Notes: generated from the sequence alone by a model not told the origin. Numbered from the stretch's first letter, positions 11,377-25,484 are shown. The stretch: 64,000 nt of DNA from Octopus sinensis (GCF_006345805.1 NC_043006.1:29574001-29638000); one strand, 5' to 3'. Made by a program: numbers and translations.

Positions 11377-12625
11377 CTGTAGTCCTCATGACAAACAGAA
11401 TTGGAATCCCGGTAAGTGTTGGCCTGAGAATATCAATACTGAAATATGTCAGTGGTTCCTCCACAAGGACTTCACAGCTTTCAGTTATGTTTGAAATGTT
11501 GTTGAAAGCCACAACACTGATATTCACAGATCCGACTGTCTTAAATATATGTTCGATGCAAGCATAACTGCCATTTTTTTTGACAAGTTCATAATTTTGT
11601 AGAGAGTTACCTAAATTCCAAAGTAAATTGAAATCAGAACCAGACATGACTTGTACACAGAGTAAGACAGGGAGATTAACTGACACTGCTTCATCAATAA
11701 GAAGTTCTAGTAATTTTATGGGTTCTTGAACAACAATTTTCTGTGCCAGAGTGGCAGTGACATTACTGACTTCATTATAGGTGCTAACAGACACGTGAAA
11801 CTCTCCAGCATTTTTGAACACATGGCTTTGACTTGAAGTGAGATTCTTTTGAAGAGAATATGTTTTTCCACCAATGTTCCAGTAGAAGTTAACAGGTGTA
11901 TTGACAGAAGTATGAGCATAAAAGGTCACACTTTGACCTGTCTCGAGAAAATAGTTACTAATAGGCTGCAGTGTAACACTTGTTATAGGTTCTTTTACAA
12001 ATACGATTTTTTGTACTGTTTCTTGATTCTCCTGCAGTGTGTGGAATGCAGCCGATACATTGTATTGCCCTGTGTCTTGAAATGTGTGCTGTAAGTATGA
12101 GGAATCTGTTGTGATAAGAACAATTTGTTCGTTTCTTCTAATCACCCACCTAACTGGATGACTTTCTGATAATGTTGGTGATTTCAAGAAAAAGGTAGTA
12201 TTCTTATATTTTGGAATAAAGATATTTGATAAAATGACAGAAGATTTAATTTCTTCATAAACAATTAACTCTGGATCCAGTGTTGCTTTTACCGAACTGA
12301 TGTTGTTTTTAGCAGTAACATGAGGTTTAAAATTTCCTGGTATTGAATAGGTGTAGCAGACTTCTCCTTGAAGATAGCAGCCATCCCCATAATCTTTACG
12401 TAATAAGACTGGTGCTTGACAGTCACTTGTATGACTAGTATGGTTGGCATCAAGAATAAACATTTTCTTATTACCATCACCAAAATCTATCTGTAACAAT
12501 GTGTCTTCTCGCGTTGCAGTAAAAAACGATACCAGAAAATGAACTGGTTCATTCACTTGATAAAACTTATTTGCATTAGGAGGCAGGTTAAATGAAAGAT
12601 CTTTCAAATACTGACTTTGAACAAT
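11377..12625 (-). CDS. Large PKD-repeat exon, 1249 nt, phase 0 to 1 (about 4.3 repeats)
   Basis: Acceptor tcttctgtttccttcatttcAG at 12627-12626; donor GTAACT at 11376. Open over 416 codons (ORF 11333..12607), with QIDFGDG, YTYSIPGNFKPHVTAKN, HTFQDTGQYNV, FYWNIG...HVFKNAGEFHVSVSTYN and LLWNLG...HIFKTVGSVNISVVAFN. Confidence 0.95.
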
Positions 12626-14027
12626 CTGAAATGAAGGAAACAGAAGATCATATGAAATATTTTACAATAAATTGAGCTAAATTTTAGTCTATTTACAAGT
12701 TTAGCAAAAATTATCACTTGAAAAGATAACCATTACATAATTTTCATATAATTGCTACATTTTCTCAGACTAGCAATATACAGAATTTTATTGTTGTTAG
12801 TAGTTATATTTATAGATTATGCAATCAAGATGACAATGAATGAAAACTGAATGAGGAGCACAGAGACTGCAGGTTCAAACCTGATGCAGGTATTTCTTTG
12901 TTTCAAGGTAATGTGCTTAATTCTACAAGACATAATTAACTGGTCATCATGAATAGTCATAAAGTGTTCATATGGTTGGTCCCCTATAATAGATGCCTTT
13001 TTATTAGAAAACAAGACAAGCAACTAACCCCTTTTCTTTGCAATAATGCATGAGGAAATAAATACCTAACCTTCATTTTCATTGTAACAAGTTTTCAGAC
13101 TTTTCCATTAATTCAAACTTACTGTACACAGAGCATCAGTAACAATTAGTGAGACTATTAAAAAATACTAAGAGAGAGACAGACAGACAAACCAAGTTTA
13201 CTGTATAGGAGTTGAGAATAATTTGAAAAGATGTGTAGTCGAAAGTATAACCAATGGTTAGTAATACCCAACATAATATTGATCTGCTTTGATTACACTA
13301 ATTTTTTTGTAGCTGGATTGAATTCAGTTCATCATGTTATTAAGACAAAAGGCAAGAAAAAGCAAAGTTAAAATTGCTGGTATTTGAACTCAGATTGCAA
13401 AGGGAGAAAAGTAAATGTTGCCAGACATTTACGTTGGTGATGCTACTTTTAAAATATTGATGAGTAACATTAGAACAAAGAGACAATACTTTGGTGGGGG
13501 AGGGTATAGTTAATTAAATTACAAGGTCATTAAGCCTTGAGGAGTAGGTATAGCCGATTAAATCAATATAGTACATGGCTAGGACCTGGTTTGCTGATCC
13601 TAGAAAGATGAGAAATGGGATTGATCTCTGTAGGGTCTCAGCATGTGAAGAACTGTAACTAAATACCTCAAGGCATTTTACTTGCTACTTTAAGGATTCT
13701 GCTAATCAAACAGGTTTTCACTTCTTACCATTTACTTCATTCTTGCAGTAAAGATAACCATATTTGTCAACTGTCAAGTAATGTGTTACAAAAATATTAA
13801 ACAGTTTTTCTTGACATCAAAATCAGCAACAATGGAACTGTGACTGTTTTAAACTTCTTTTTGGCATTGGTCTACTCAAACAGAACTAAAGATTTTTTTA
13901 AAAATATCTTTTATTTATCAAAGGACAAAGGAGAAATGAGAAGCCATGGAGAAGTTTTCAAATCAAGTGAAACAGAAAATATTTAATTTTTCCCCTTCCC
14001 ATGTTTTATTTTGAAAAAAATTCTTAC

Positions 14028-14114
14028 CACACTTAGGTTCTTTGAAAGACTTCCATATTGGTTGGTTCCAGTAACAGAAACTATAAAAACTCCAACTCTG
14101 GTAAAAGAATGATT
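14028..14114 (-). CDS. PKD-repeat exon, 87 nt, phase 0 to 0
   Basis: Acceptor tttcttttctttgttcttcAG at 14116-14115; donor GTAAGA at 14027. Encodes NHSFTRVGVFIVSVTGTNQYGSLSKNLSV, the missing second half of the repeat begun in exon 29941-30239; hidden inside ORF 13983..14222. Confidence 0.92.
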
Positions 14115-14170
14115 CTGAAGAACAAAGAAAAGAAACAGAAAGGAACAAATCAAAATTATTGCAGTTATAT

Positions 14171-14220
<50 letters not shown>

Positions 14221-15816
14221 ATGCATGTGTGTGCATGTCAATGGTAACTTTTGCAAATTACATGTTTCACTTTAAAAACTGCCAGCACAATGAAATGTTT
14301 AACTGAGTTCAAAATATTTCAGTTGTCAAGTCTCCATGTTGTGATGAGATTCTCTTGGCATGTTTTTGGCCGTGCAACTCATGCGTTTGTTATCATCATT
14401 GGGGATGGCATCAATATGACAACTCCAAATCGTGCATCAAGTGAGACAGGTGTAATTTTCATTTAATGGGTGTCTTTGTTTATAAAGAAGTCTTGTTATT
14501 GACATTTGACTCCATATATATTTTAAATATTCCATAAATCATAAGTAATTTAGCCCTGATTGATTATTGTATTTTAACTTTTATGTTGTTTTTTTTCCAG
14601 AGGGAAAATGAAAGAATATGAAAGGTAGCAAAACTGAACAAAACTAAATTCTTCAATTACTTTGGTCTATCAAATGCTTCTACCCAGCTCTACTGACTTG
14701 GACAGCATTTACTAATTTTGAAAACTACTCTTTTGATTATTATAAAATATTTAATTTAATTATCATATGAAACCAACTAGATCATTTTTCAGTTTTCAAA
14801 TAATTTAATTACTATTGTAACTAATCTTTTCTCAATGATGTTTTTTAGCCTTTCTTTGTTAAAGACTGTAGCCTTCTATTTATCAATAGAATCATAATAC
14901 AAGGTTTTATATGAGATGAATCTGAGAGGTTACAAACATAAGGAAACTATGATACAACAGAAATAAGGCTGACTGGAAATATATTAATAATAATAAATAC
15001 ACACAACTATGAAATTAAATTTCTTAATTAAAATGCTTGTGTAATTAATTATTTCTATTTACAGTTAATAACTGATTAGAGCAACTACTAAATACTCCAG
15101 TTTATTGCTCTTTATCACAAGGAATTTATTCTAGTAGTAATAATACTAGGACTATTTGGCTACTATTTCTATTCAGTCAATACACACGTCTTCATTGTAA
15201 TTTTTTGCTAATATTTACCTCAGGCACATTATAAACAGGACAAACTTTTATTTTTAAAGAAAAAAGAAATCATGAAAAAAATACCAAAATACTTATTTGC
15301 CTTTTTCTCTTTGAAAAAAAAAAAATGATGTGTCATAATGTTGTGTTAATGTTAAAGCAGAGACATTAAGAAATAATCACAGTAATGAGGGGCTTAACGT
15401 CAATAATAAATCACTGGAGAGTAACTAGTGATTAAAACAGTGACATAAAACACAAGTCAGACAACAATTTGTAAGTCTTTTACACAGGGAAACATGAGAG
15501 AAAGAAAGGAACGAACCAACATCAATAACAAAACTAACAAGAAAACACGGCAACGTCTGTGTGTTTGTGTATTATGCATACATACATACATGCATGCATG
15601 CATACAAATACACACATACACACACACATATAATCATCATCATCATCATTTAACATCTGTTGTCCATGCTGGCATTGGTTGGACACTTTGATCAGGGCTG
15701 GTAAGCTGAGGGGTTGCACCAGACTATGGTCTGATTTGGCATGGTTTCTACAGCTGGATGCCCTTCCTAAGGCCACACACACATACACACACAAATATAT
15801 ACATATAATATATATA

Positions 15817-16042
15817 GTTAAGTTAAGTTAATTTTTTGGCTCAAAAAGCAAAAGCAAGGCCATGTAGGGGGACATGGAGTTATGTACAAAGAGTTCAGGC
15901 CATTTCTGGTCAAGAGAGACTTTGAACCGAGCGGTCGTCGGCATCTTCACTATCTCGTCCGGCAGCTTATTCCACGAATCCGCAACCTGGACGGAGAAAG
16001 CCCCTCTCCTTCGACTGAGATGAAATCGTTGCAGATAGAGCT
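15817..16042 (-). mobile_element. CR1-clade LINE 3' end, same family as 9222-9612
   Basis: Near-identical reverse complement of 9363-9612, with a short deletion spanning the stop codon; (TTAAC)n tail at 15817-15836. Confidence 0.92.
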
Positions 16043-18189
16043 ATATATATATATATACATTCTAGTGAAAGCAGGAAGATCTGAGAAGTAAAACCATCTG
16101 AAGAATTAAAATCCATCTGAGTCTATAATTACAGTCGGTCAGGAAGATATGAGAGAAGGAAAAATGTTCTTCAAGGAAATCTACAAATGATACACACACA
16201 CATGCATACATGCATGTGCACACACACACACACACACACACATGGATGCATACATACTTACACACACACATACATACATACATACACATACATACATATG
16301 TATGTGCATACATACATACATACATAGTAGAAACGTTGATTAGGGTTTAACGATAGATCAGCAGTACAAAAATGGTGGCTATCAGTTCAGTGTCACTGGG
16401 TCATAAATGCAAACAAACAACTGAGTTTATAAAGGGTCTGAAATCTCTTTTCTTTTTTTTTGTTTTTTTTTCACCTATGACATTATTTGTTTCATAAACA
16501 AAAGTGATATGTAAAATATCATTAAACATGCAAACAGCCATTGACTGTAGTAGTTGTTGATTATAAATATAGTCTTTAAATCCTACTGTTTAGTTTCCAT
16601 ATAACTTTGCTTGTTCTACGTGCAAGGTACAGCTGGTTAAGGAGAAATGGAGTTGGTCTACATGTTGAAGAGGCAAATAGTTTTATGCCAACACTAATAC
16701 TGTATTGTTGTATTGTAGCTATTATTCAAAACCTCAACTGCTAGATAATTGATCAAACACCACAAGTGAACCACCACTGTCTCATGTGATTGGCCTGTTA
16801 ATTGACCATTCAGCATGTGGCTGTGATGGGGCGTTTTTTACTCTAATGTTTTAGAATTTGGTTTCCAGTCCCCTATTACAACTATTTGGCAAACAGCTTA
16901 GAGCACAGATGGCCAAGGGCAGAAAGCAAGGACCTCTGGTGCCATGGGGATTTGTGCCACTGACTTCATATATTTTGGGGCCAACCATATGTTGTCACAC
17001 AGATAGCTTTCTATAATTTCAGAGCAATCTGTCTCTTTCCCAGTCAGAAAATACCTATGTTGTTCATTGTAAATAACTAGCACCAATATCTTTATGTCTG
17101 GAAATAAATATTCAGTTAGATATTTGTGGGTTCCTTCAGTTATTATTCATACAGCCAATGAGAACCATCTCCATTTATTACTAGTTTAACTGACATTGAC
17201 AAGCAACTGGCAAAGAGCATCATGGGTAAAAACATTTTACTCTCTCAATCATTCAGTCAGGCTGGGTGTTATCAATGACAAAGTTCACTGCAATAAACTG
17301 AAGGAATGTGGAAATATTTACAAATGTTTCATTAGCCGACAGACCTCAACCTAAATGCCATTTGTATAATTTGGAAAACAACGCACTTCACAAAATTGTT
17401 CCAGCTTTATACATTTTATATATTTGTAATTAATAGTGACATGTCACTGAAATACTCGCTTTCCTTTGTTGTACGATGTCTACTGATTCCCTCTTATGAT
17501 GACATTTTTAGCTGTTGTTAATTTAGGTGGATGGAAAAAAAATATTCAACCGGAGTCAGATGAAAAACATATTTCAACTAAAATATTATTAACAATCTTA
17601 ATCAACCATGCAGCCATCTGTCAGTCCGCACACATACACATGCATATGTATACACACACATGCATACACACACACACACACATACATACATGCATACTTA
17701 CATACATACATACATACTGACATACTTGCACACATACACATGCATATATACACACACACACTTATACATACATATTCTTAGTTGACTCTTGTTCTCTTCA
17801 TCACAAAAAGATGTGTAAAATTTCATTAAAAAAAATTTACAATTTGAAACCATTGGTGAAATTATGAAGCAGAGCAGAAGTTGCTTAGTTTGCTTTAGTC
17901 AACATGACATTGACCATGCTGGAGCAATACACACACACAGTGCAACAATTCTTCCTTCTTCTTTGAATATCTTCTGACATCATTTACTTTTTTTTTTTAC
18001 TGGAAGCTTTTGCTGAAACCCTCATCACAGAAGGTACATCATACACCAATGTTGCAAGGTTATAACCACCACAATGAGACTGTATATTCATGTCCTGATA
18101 CAGGACCAATCACTGATACTAAACTGCCTGAAAGGTGGTGGGCAAGGATCCGCTAGTTTATATAAACATTTAAAGTCACTATAGAGATA

Positions 18190-18480
18190 TCATCATCATC
18201 ATTATCATCGTTTAGCGTCCGCTTTCCATGCTGGCATGGGTTGGACGGTTCAACTGGGGTCTGGGAAGCCAGAAGGCTGCACCAGGCCCAGTCTGATCTG
18301 GCAATGTTTCTATGGCTGGATGCCCTTCCTAACGCCAACCACTCCATGAGTGTATTGGGTACTTTTTACGTGCCACCGGCACAGGTGCCAGTCGAGGCTG
18401 GCAAACGGCCACGATCGGATGGTGCTTTTTACATGCCACCGGCACGGAGGCCAGGCGAGGCTGGCAATGGCCACGATCGT
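18190..18480 (-). repeat. RTE 3'-UTR-only copy (representative)
   Basis: catcatcatc...tttagcgtccgctttccatgctggcatgggttggacgg...cccttcctaacgccaaccactcc. Other copies at about 8230-8415(+), 15630-15770(-), 23040-23105(-), 30770-30950(-), 31745-32220(-), 33790-34090(-), 45655-45840(-), 47835-48000(-), 48745-49135(+), 54255-54514(+), 57700-58130(-), 59390-59570(-) and 63270-63453(-). Confidence 0.85.
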
Positions 18481-18899
18481 AAAATATGTTTAAACAATTT
18501 TAACTATCTTCAAATAAACTGTTGATAGATTAGTCTTAAACGGGTTTAAATATCTTACGATATGTGCAGTGCTAAAGTGTAGTAATTACTTATGCCCCGT
18601 AACCCAAATATTTAGTGTTGGTGTTGTGACATGCAATGGCAGTCCCATTTTTGTATCTTAGCTGTGCTAACATTTGTATATTTCTGTTTTATCTTGAAGG
18701 ACAACCCCATCCTGAATAACACACAACAGTTTTTTTGTTTTTTTTTTTGTTGGTAATTTTCCAGAGATGCCCAGTTAAATGTTCGATTTCATTGAAGTGG
18801 AATAGTTTTTGGTTTTTACAATGCTAATAAATATGTATTGCTAGAATATTTCTTTGAAAAATATTATTAAATTCAGAAGTTTTGTTCTATGATGGGAGC

Positions 18900-19855
18900 T
18901 AAAAGTACCAGAAATTATTAAAAGATGATGTGCCTTTTGCTTATATAAATGGATACATGTACCATTCTTTCACTGTTTATCTAGTCATGTTGTCAGTATA
19001 TTTGTGAACTTTCTTATGGCTTCATACCCATTGAGGAAATGGCTGCAACAACTCACCATAAAATATGTGAAGTTGCACAAACAAGGTGGATTTCTCCTCA
19101 AGAACAATTACTATAATAGGTTCAGAACAATTTAATGTTTCTTTATTTCTTAGTGAATCAAAAGTTAACAAAATTGATGGCACCAGGAGAATTCAGGACA
19201 TATTTACCATTCACAGAACCAAACATATACTACTTCTTTTTATTTCAAGAGGTGAATTTTATTATCTCTTGAATTCCAAGGTAAACATTTCAGGTATTTA
19301 ATGGTATTATCAAAATACAAAAATCTCTTGAGTTTCTTTGTTAAAGATGAATTTGTGAAGAAAATGAAATTATCAGAAATTCATCCAAGTAAAGATGAGC
19401 TTTACCTTGAAATGAAGGCTAAAATACATTTATTTAATGTGTCTTCTGATGATTATGTGAAATTCCACATGGAACTTTGTATTCAAGTGAAAAAGGTATT
19501 ATTGCTAAACTACAAGTATTAGTTTAATCAAAGATAACTCATAATCTCAGTGTATCTCCAAGATCTACCATTCTAGCAGATGTTCTTCATATCCTATTCA
19601 CAGAAAGTAGGCAAAGTATTTATAATCAACAAATAATTTACCAATCTTGAAAGAAATTATTCTTGACTAATGGTTTAAGTTAAAAGATACAAATGACAGA
19701 CTTCATAATTCAAATTATAATTTGTTATTCAATTTTTATGACTAAATTAACTATTCTGCCACGTTTGTCACCAAATGTTGATAAAATATTCTCTCTAATG
19801 AACCATGTCCAAAAGAAGAATAAATATTTTAAAACAAACTTCCTGCAATATATTT
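18900..19855 (+). mobile_element. hAT transposase relic
   Basis: KICEVAQTRWIS (hAT TRWLS motif), FHMELCIQVKK, and ILPRLSPNVDKIFSLMNHVQKK (ERxFS dimerisation region), broken by stops and frameshifts. Confidence 0.7.
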
Positions 19856-19865
19856 ATTTTTTTTT

Positions 19866-20091
19866 TTATTGCTCACAGGGGGCTAAACATCGAGAGGACA
19901 AACAAGGACAGACAAAGGGATTAAGTCAATTACATCGACCCCCAGTGCATAACTGGTACTTATTTAATCGACCCCAAAAGGATGAAAGGCAAAGTCAACC
20001 TTGGTGGAATTTGAACTCAGAATGTAACCAGCAGACGAAATACTGCTAAGCATTTCGTCCAGCATACTAACGATTCTGCCAGCTCGCTGCC
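19866..20091 (-). mobile_element. tRNA-derived SINE family 2
   Basis: Reverse complement starts GGCAGCGAGCTGGCAGAATCGTTAG...GAGTTCAAATTCC; homologous to 57777-57999. Shorter copies at about 10790-10950, 35330-35480, 37510-37690 and 57050-57270. Confidence 0.85.
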
Positions 20092-22013
20092 CTAAGCTTC
20101 TTGCAGTTTATTACTAGGACTAACATAGACTGCACTACTGAGAAAAGAATTAAGCAAACAATATTTAAAATTTAAAAAAAAGAATTAATTATTTAGTTGA
20201 GAGAGAGAGAGGATATGAGGAGGAAGAAGAGTGGGAGTAATTACTGAGGTCTAAATATAAAAGTAAATTCTGTTTATATTGAATGGTTTTATACTATGGA
20301 CTTGCTCTTTTGAGACTGGTTTTTATTTTTTGATTTCTCATTGGTAATCTTGATTATCATTTGCAGTATATAAAGCTTGCCATCTTCTAACACACAAGCA
20401 TGCACATTGAAGTATGGATATGAATTTTCTCTCTACTTCGGTACGGGTTATATCGTTAATCAGTTGAAGTATTATGCATACACACAAACTCAGAGTCATA
20501 TCGTTCCATCCAGTTATTTTCAAATAAATTAAATCTTAAATAGCTTAAATAACACCAGTTGTTATTTAACTCCAAGTCAGTCAAAAGTCAATCTAGCCAT
20601 GACCATTTCACATTATGTAGGACTACATTATCCAATGTCACCTTCCTCTTCTTATGCCAGTAGGGTAAGATAGAAGACAATTGAATTTCTGTTTCTAGCA
20701 GTTTTAAGATCATATGATTTCTCCGTACATCACTTACAGAAGGAAAAACAGTCATGTTTTTTTTTTATGATTTATTCTTTATGATTTCTGTTTATAAGAA
20801 ATACCCTTTACATTTTCTAAACTGTTCATAGGACATATATCTAGAGACTTAAATGAATAAATTAAAATAAAAACTGTAAATTGTATTTGAACTAGCAATC
20901 TTTGTGTGAACACTTCTATCTTAAATACAATGGGCTTACAATATTCTACACACCAGATTCCATCAAAAGGAAAATGGCTGCCCCTGACTCAAGGCATTTA
21001 ATGAGTACTCGCTACTCAGTCCTGTCACCTTGGCTCAGTATTGAACTCTTTATTGTTGTAGCTTCTTCTTGTATCCAAGTTTAATTCCTAAAACATTTCA
21101 CCAGGATAGAAGCCAACCCTCTGACCATCAGCAGCAGTAGTAGTAGTAGTAAAACCAGTTTTCCATAATTTCCCCCACCAGCTGTATAACTGACTTCTTA
21201 GGAAAACTAAAATTTGTGGGGAGGTGATGCTAGGTGAGTAGGATGGGTGCAGAGGGTATATTTAACATAACGAATTACTTCAGCATGCAAGGACTTGCTG
21301 CTGGTTTTCTATGTTGACAGTAGGACAGTTTTTATTGTTTTTTGTAGCCAAACCTGGTTGACAGTTGGTCTTAGAAAAGCAGGCTTGATTGTAGTTAGTG
21401 TCTGTTTTATTTGTCTACTGTCTGCTTAATTTCAACCTGAATGCCATTCACTGTCAAATATGGCAGGTTTCCTTGTCAGAGAGAGAGGAGCAGAGGAAAT
21501 ACTTGTCAATCTAGGCTAGAAATGAATTATAAGATATACAAAACGAAAAAAAAGAAGAAAAAAAAAGCTCAATTTATTTATTAAAACAACAAACTTTTTT
21601 TAATGAATTTATTATTATTATTATTTCAGATAATAACTTCAAGAAAAGCCATTCTCATTCAGAACTATTTTGTTGATTTAGATCAACTTTCACTATAACT
21701 TCAGTCTTATATCTTTTATCTTTCACTCGTTTCAGTCATTAGATGTGTGGCCATGCTGGAGCACTGCTTTGAGTGTATTATAATTTCTTCTATATTAATT
21801 CTAAGAGAGGTAATATTTATGCCCGCTTAAACGTGGACATTCTGTTGGAATAAAGTATACAACAGTAGATACTCTCCTATTGGTTTTTAGTTTAAAACAC
21901 ACTCTTGTTTATATCACTAGTGAAGAGATAAATCCTCACCGTCTCTAGTGCCAAGACAACCAGATCATGTGATTTCAACCTTCCTTGGTTTCATCAATGA
22001 TGGACCCTTGGCC

Positions 22014-22078
22014 GCTAGAGATAGATTCTAAGAATCACACAAGATGGCTAGAGATAGATTCTAAGAATCACACAAGAT
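22014..22078. repeat. Perfect 32-bp tandem duplication (period 33)
   Basis: GCTAGAGATAGATTCTAAGAATCACACAAGAT at 22014-22045 and 22047-22078. Confidence 0.95.
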
Positions 22079-22265
22079 TCTTTATCTTGAGGATATGTTT
22101 AGTTTTTGCAGTTTCTTAATCCAACAGAATTTTCTTTTTAAATATCATCCAATAAATCTAGTTGAAAAATATTCCTGCTTGAAATAGAAATATTTAGAAT
22201 CGTGTTAAATATACAGTCAAACTTTGTAACTAATGTTTAATTACTATGAAATTTTAACACATTAA

Positions 22266-22485
22266 CCCTTTCATTACCAAACTGGATGAAACCGCCTCTG
22301 GCTCTGAGTACAAATATCATGTTTTCATAAGTTTTGAAATAAAATCTTCCACGAAACCTTTGTCACAATTTAGGTTCCTAACACTAGCTTAATGATAACT
22401 AGGTTATTTTACTAAATTCTTTGTTATATTTAAAGTAATTGAAAGAAACACAGAGCATCTTAAAATAAATACAGTAACGAAAGGG
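22266..22485. mobile_element. piggyBac-type MITE
   Basis: TTAA|CCCTTTCATTAC ... GTAACGAAAGGG|TTAA (TIR 11/12; TTAA TSD at 22262-22265 and 22486-22489). Confidence 0.9.
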
Positions 22486-23479
22486 TTAAATCAGTCACTG
22501 AAAAAATGTTTTCCTGAAAAAATAGTCAAAAATAACCTGTCCCCCCTCCCCCACAGACACAAAAAAAAAACATCCTTGTTTACCAAGTTTCATTAAATAT
22601 TAAGATAGAAATATAGTTGAAATTTGTTGTTGCTATGTTGTCTTTCTTAGCAAAGGCATTCTAGCTGCCACTGCCCTTTCTTTTTGCATAACCAAGATTC
22701 TATTATGCCATAATGGTAGAGAAAGATTTGAGGGAATTTGGAAGCTATTTTGACCAGGTCAGACAATGCAGAATTTCTTTCATAAGCCTTCTGTTATTGT
22801 TATTGCAGTTGTTGTTTAGTCTTGGTCAGCACTGACCAAAGAGAAAGCTATGGATGACCAAACTACATTTAGGAAAATATCATCCAATGTGTCCAAACAT
22901 TTCTGTACATGCATTAAATGAAATTTGGTTGCTATTTCTGGCAGAGTTACATCCTTGAATTATATTTTGAATGCTTCAACACTGACCATTCAGTTACTTT
23001 TCAGTGAAAAGATTTTATTGAAATTCCACTGTTTTGCTAGAGTCATCATCATCATCATCATCATCATTTAAAGTCTGTTTTCCATGTTGGCATGGGTTGG
23101 ACGGTTGTTTAAAACAGGGGGGGGGGTAGCCATTTTTATCAGTATATAAGATGCACTTTTGCATCAGACGAAGTCTTATTTTATGAAGCTGTTTTGTAGA
23201 CACAATGATGATGATGAAACAATATTAAGGGTGTCCTATATCTCAACTTTCAGGCTAGCTGTATAGTTGTTAATATTTTGGTGAAGAGAATTGCCATAAA
23301 GGATGTTAAACCTGTATTTCTGGCTGGTTTGTGTTGTCATGATTGGCCACCAGGGAAGCAACCGACCGCTGTGGTTTACATGTCATCTACTCATTGCAGA
23401 TGGCTGACAGGCAGATGACAGTTTGTTAACATTCCATTCATCTTTCTAGGAGTATTTTTCATTTAATAATAAACAAATA

Positions 23480-23645
23480 GGCACAGGCATGGCTACGTGG
23501 TAGGAAGTTTGCTTCCCATTTGCTTCCCAACCACATGGTTCCAGGTTCAGACCCACTATGTGGCACCTCGAGTTTTCTTCTATAGCCTCAGGCTGACCAA
23601 AGCCTTATGGGTAGATTAGATAGATAAAAGCTGAAAGCAGCCTGT

Positions 23646-23689
<44 letters not shown>

Positions 23690-23890
23690 CATGTGTGAGT
23701 GTATGTGTGTGTTTGTCCACCAGCACCATTTGACAATTGGTGTTGGTGTGTTTATGCCTCCATAACTTAGCAGTTTGACAAAAGAAACTAACAGAATAAA
23801 TACCATGCTTAGAAAAAAATAAGTACTGGGGTCGATCGTTTGACTAAAATTTTTAAAAGCAGTGTCCCAGCATGGCCACGGTCTAATGAC
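23480..23890 (+). mobile_element. SINE family 1, older copy
   Basis: Same head, (TA)n core and 3' body as 10307-10713. Confidence 0.85.
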
Positions 23891-25464
23891 CAATTTTTTA
23901 AAGTTTGTGACGTTATTTGTGAGTTTGTTATTTTCTAATGGTTTATGAGAGTCAGACCAAGATATTTCAGCTTGCTTCCAATATTTTGTTATTAGTAACA
24001 ATTATGCCAAATAGACTTGTACCCATTGAACTTCTTTGCCATAGATACTTGGTCTATCCATAAGATGACAGCAGAAAGCACCAGGGCAATTGAAAAATTA
24101 AAAAACAAATGAAAAACAAATAAATAAGATTTTTAACAAATATCCTAGAAAAATAGAAGTTCTATAGATTAGTCATAATCTTTTTGTTTTTTGTTTTTCT
24201 GGTTATTGTTTTCTTCGAAGGGTTAACCACTTCCTTTTCAATCTTTGAAATGATTTCATGAAGAATACAAACCTTCACCAATTTTAAGTCAGCATCAGAT
24301 ACAATTTAGACATATTATTTAAGAAGAAAGAAATCAAAATAATTTAATTACAAAAATTAGTTGTAATTTTAGCTTCTAATAAATTCAAATGAAACTGAGC
24401 CATTTCCTCCTCTAAGTTGACTCCTGCAATGTTTTGTATTCTGATTATTAATGGAGGAAACAGAATGAATGGATAAGTATAAAAGGAAAAAAACCCAAAT
24501 AAAATCAATAAAAATAAAAATTATTAAATTACAATCATAAAATTAATGAGTTACACTCTTCACCCCCTGATGCACCCAAAAATAAGAAAAATAAGTTAAT
24601 AACTTGTATTATCCACCATCCTAAATAAGAAGGTACATTTCTTCTGATATAGTAGAAAGTTACTATTATGAATATTATGAACTTGATGGAATAACAGATA
24701 AAATAATCCAGGAATCAGTCATTGAGTGTTTTGCAATGTGACATAAAGGAATGGTATTTGTGTATCCATTGCTCAAACAAAACATGTACAAGTATATTTA
24801 AGGAGGTTTTTATCAGATGTAATCACAAAGCTATTTTTCAGTAATATTTTAAGTAATGAAGGAGTTTGTTAAACTTTATCAAATCTGTCAACAGTTGAAG
24901 AAGATACACTATGGAGCCTTGACTGAACTCATCAATGATCAAAGGTATACCAAACATAACCAGCGTGTCTTTTGGAGGAGTATAGTGGATCTAAGACTAC
25001 ATTATCCAAAAGATCTTTCATTTTTAAGATGGTCAGATGTAATTCAGAAGTGTTTTGACTGATATTCTGAGCAGGTCTAGCATCCACTGTTTAAGTTCAT
25101 AAAATATGCATGAGTTACTGTTTTAAAATTTCAGTATGAAATCTTTGAGTTAAGGTTTTAATCAACAATAAACTACCTTCAAAGTAACTTTATTCTAATG
25201 TGTGTGCATTCAGTAAATTGTCATTATGTCTCATGAAACTCTCATTAACCCCGACAAAGTGGATGGGGTTCATACTGGTAATCTGTCTCTGATATCTGAA
25301 CCAGAACAGCCACATATGAAACATGTATATCTTGCATATTAACTATCATGAAATTACACAGATGACATACATACCATAGTTGTTGACTAGCCTCTCGACT
25401 TCAATAGTTTACAACCCAGTGTTTAATGTTAGAATTACACAACAGTTGGAGAGAGAGAGGGGGA

Positions 25465-25484
25465 GAGAGAGAGTGTGTGTGTGA

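Noticed and set aside
24790-25060. Possible integrase H2C2 relic (KEFVKLYQICQQLK)
   Set aside because: A single degenerate motif with no DDE core visible; too weak to call.
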